NCBI RefSeq assembly: GCF_042660085.1
Contig: NZ_JBHSTI010000029.1
Coordinates: 1 to 22,995, forward strand
Origin: Longivirga aurantiaca
GTDB taxonomy: Bacteria > Actinomycetota > Actinomycetes > S36-B12 > CAIYMF01
Reading direction: 5' to 3'
DNA: 22,995 nucleotides
Positions 22,202 to 22,995 of this stretch are shown here, one piece after another; position 1 is the stretch's first letter, and every line of letters starts with the position of its first letter. The notes below the pieces were generated by a model. That model was not told the DNA's origin and did no database searches. It saw only the letters and a program-made list of their open reading frames with translations. A program made the translations under genes and the position numbers.

Positions 22202-22995
22202 TCAGTTCCCGTGAGCCGTGCCGGGGCCGGGGTACACCCCGGGCCGCGGGTCGGTGGAGGTGGTGAGGCGGGTCGTCGAGGCGCCAGCCATCGCTCGGCC
22301 GTGGACATGAAGCGTTCTTGAGCTCCGTGTAGCCGTCCATGGCGGCCATCCCGAGCTCGCGGCCGAACCCTGACTCCAGCCCCCGGGCCACCCGGATCGC
22401 CCGGCCCAGGTCGCGGGTCCAGATCGACCCGGACAGACCGAAGATGGTGTCGTTGGCCAGCGCGATCGCATCCTGCTCGTCGTCGAACGGGAGCAACGCC
22501 ACCACCGGCCCGAAGTCTCCTCGCGCAAGATGCGGTGCTCGCGCGGCGGGTCCAGAACCAGGTGCGGAACCATCCAGTGGCCCGGACCGCTCGGTCCGGG
22601 GACGGGGGCGACGATGTCGAGCGCCGGGTCGAGGAAGGATCGCACCTTCTCCAGGTGCGGGGCGGAGACGAGCGGGCCCATGGCCGTGGTGGCGTCGAGC
22701 GGGTCGCCGACCGCGAACGTCGAGGTCGCGGCGACGAACAGGGCGACGAACTCGTCGTAGACGTCGCGCTGGACCAGCACCCGGCTTCGTGCGCAGCAGT
22801 CCTGGCCCGAGTTGCCGAAGACGGCTCCGGTGCTCGCCGAGGCTGCCGTCTCGAGGTCGGCGTCGGCGAACACGACCGCCGCCGACTTGCCGCCCAGCTC
22901 CAGGGTGAGCCGCTTCATCGTGCCGGCTGAGGCGCGCATGATCGTCTGGCCGGTCTGGGTCGAGCCGGTGAAGCTGATCTTGCCCACTCCTGGGT
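22202..22995 (-). pseudogene. Aldehyde dehydrogenase, 5'-truncated by the window edge, with two offsetting frameshifts and an apparent internal in-frame deletion
   Basis: Frame A reads [12 protein letters not shown]...LELGGKS...[11 protein letters not shown]...REHRILREE. The conserved EExFGPV motif then continues only in another frame ([33 protein letters not shown]...[18 protein letters not shown]). The frame returns to A for the last ~35 codons, ending 1 nt before the ferredoxin ATG. Confidence 0.78.

Noticed and set aside
21904-22308. 134-aa version of the ferredoxin ORF starting at 22308
   Set aside because: The extra 36 codons overlap the tail of the upstream aldehyde dehydrogenase and have poorer third-position GC. 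FdxA-type ferredoxins begin at the M-P/T-Y-V-I motif found at ATG 22200.
1-22995. CRISPR arrays, rRNA/tRNA genes, transposase or integrase genes, terminal inverted repeats
   Set aside because: I scanned by eye on both strands and found no regularly spaced repeats, no structured RNA signatures and no recombinase motifs. A computational repeat search would still be needed to exclude short att repeats.

Overview
High-GC (Actinomycetota-type) DNA. Most of the window (about 1-18400) is the transfer region of a T4SS-type conjugative element, either an ICE or a plasmid. No integrase, replication gene or att site is visible, so its ends cannot be placed. On the + strand, eight genes (461-9846) form one operon in which every stop overlaps the next start. 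They encode a small VirB2-like membrane protein, a VirB6/TrbL-like polytopic protein, an SCO6880-like protein, a VirB4-like ATPase, a tandem DnaB-N-terminal-domain protein, a TraG/VirD4 coupling protein, a two-domain cell-wall hydrolase and an ArdC-like anti-restriction protein. On the - strand, a MobF/TrwC relaxase-helicase (14786-18112) is coupled to a small downstream gene. Between these convergent modules lies a cargo region. It holds an Lsr2 DNA-binding-domain-only protein and a visibly lower-GC cassette carrying an MmeI-family type IIL restriction-modification enzyme with intact nuclease and methylase motifs. The right end (18452-22995, - strand) is a catabolic operon: aldehyde dehydrogenase, 7Fe ferredoxin, Zn alcohol dehydrogenase, a second aldehyde dehydrogenase and a gamma-glutamyl-GABA-hydrolase-like amidotransferase. 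Its first and last genes are damaged. The first has two offsetting frameshifts plus an apparent in-frame deletion, and the last has an in-frame TGA. The observations most worth follow-up are the helicase-less DnaB_N protein inside the T4SS operon, the apparently split VirB4, the Lsr2 fragment beside the low-GC RM cassette, and an alternative-hairpin repeat cluster inside the relaxase linker. All homology statements are motif recognition by eye, and no searches were run.
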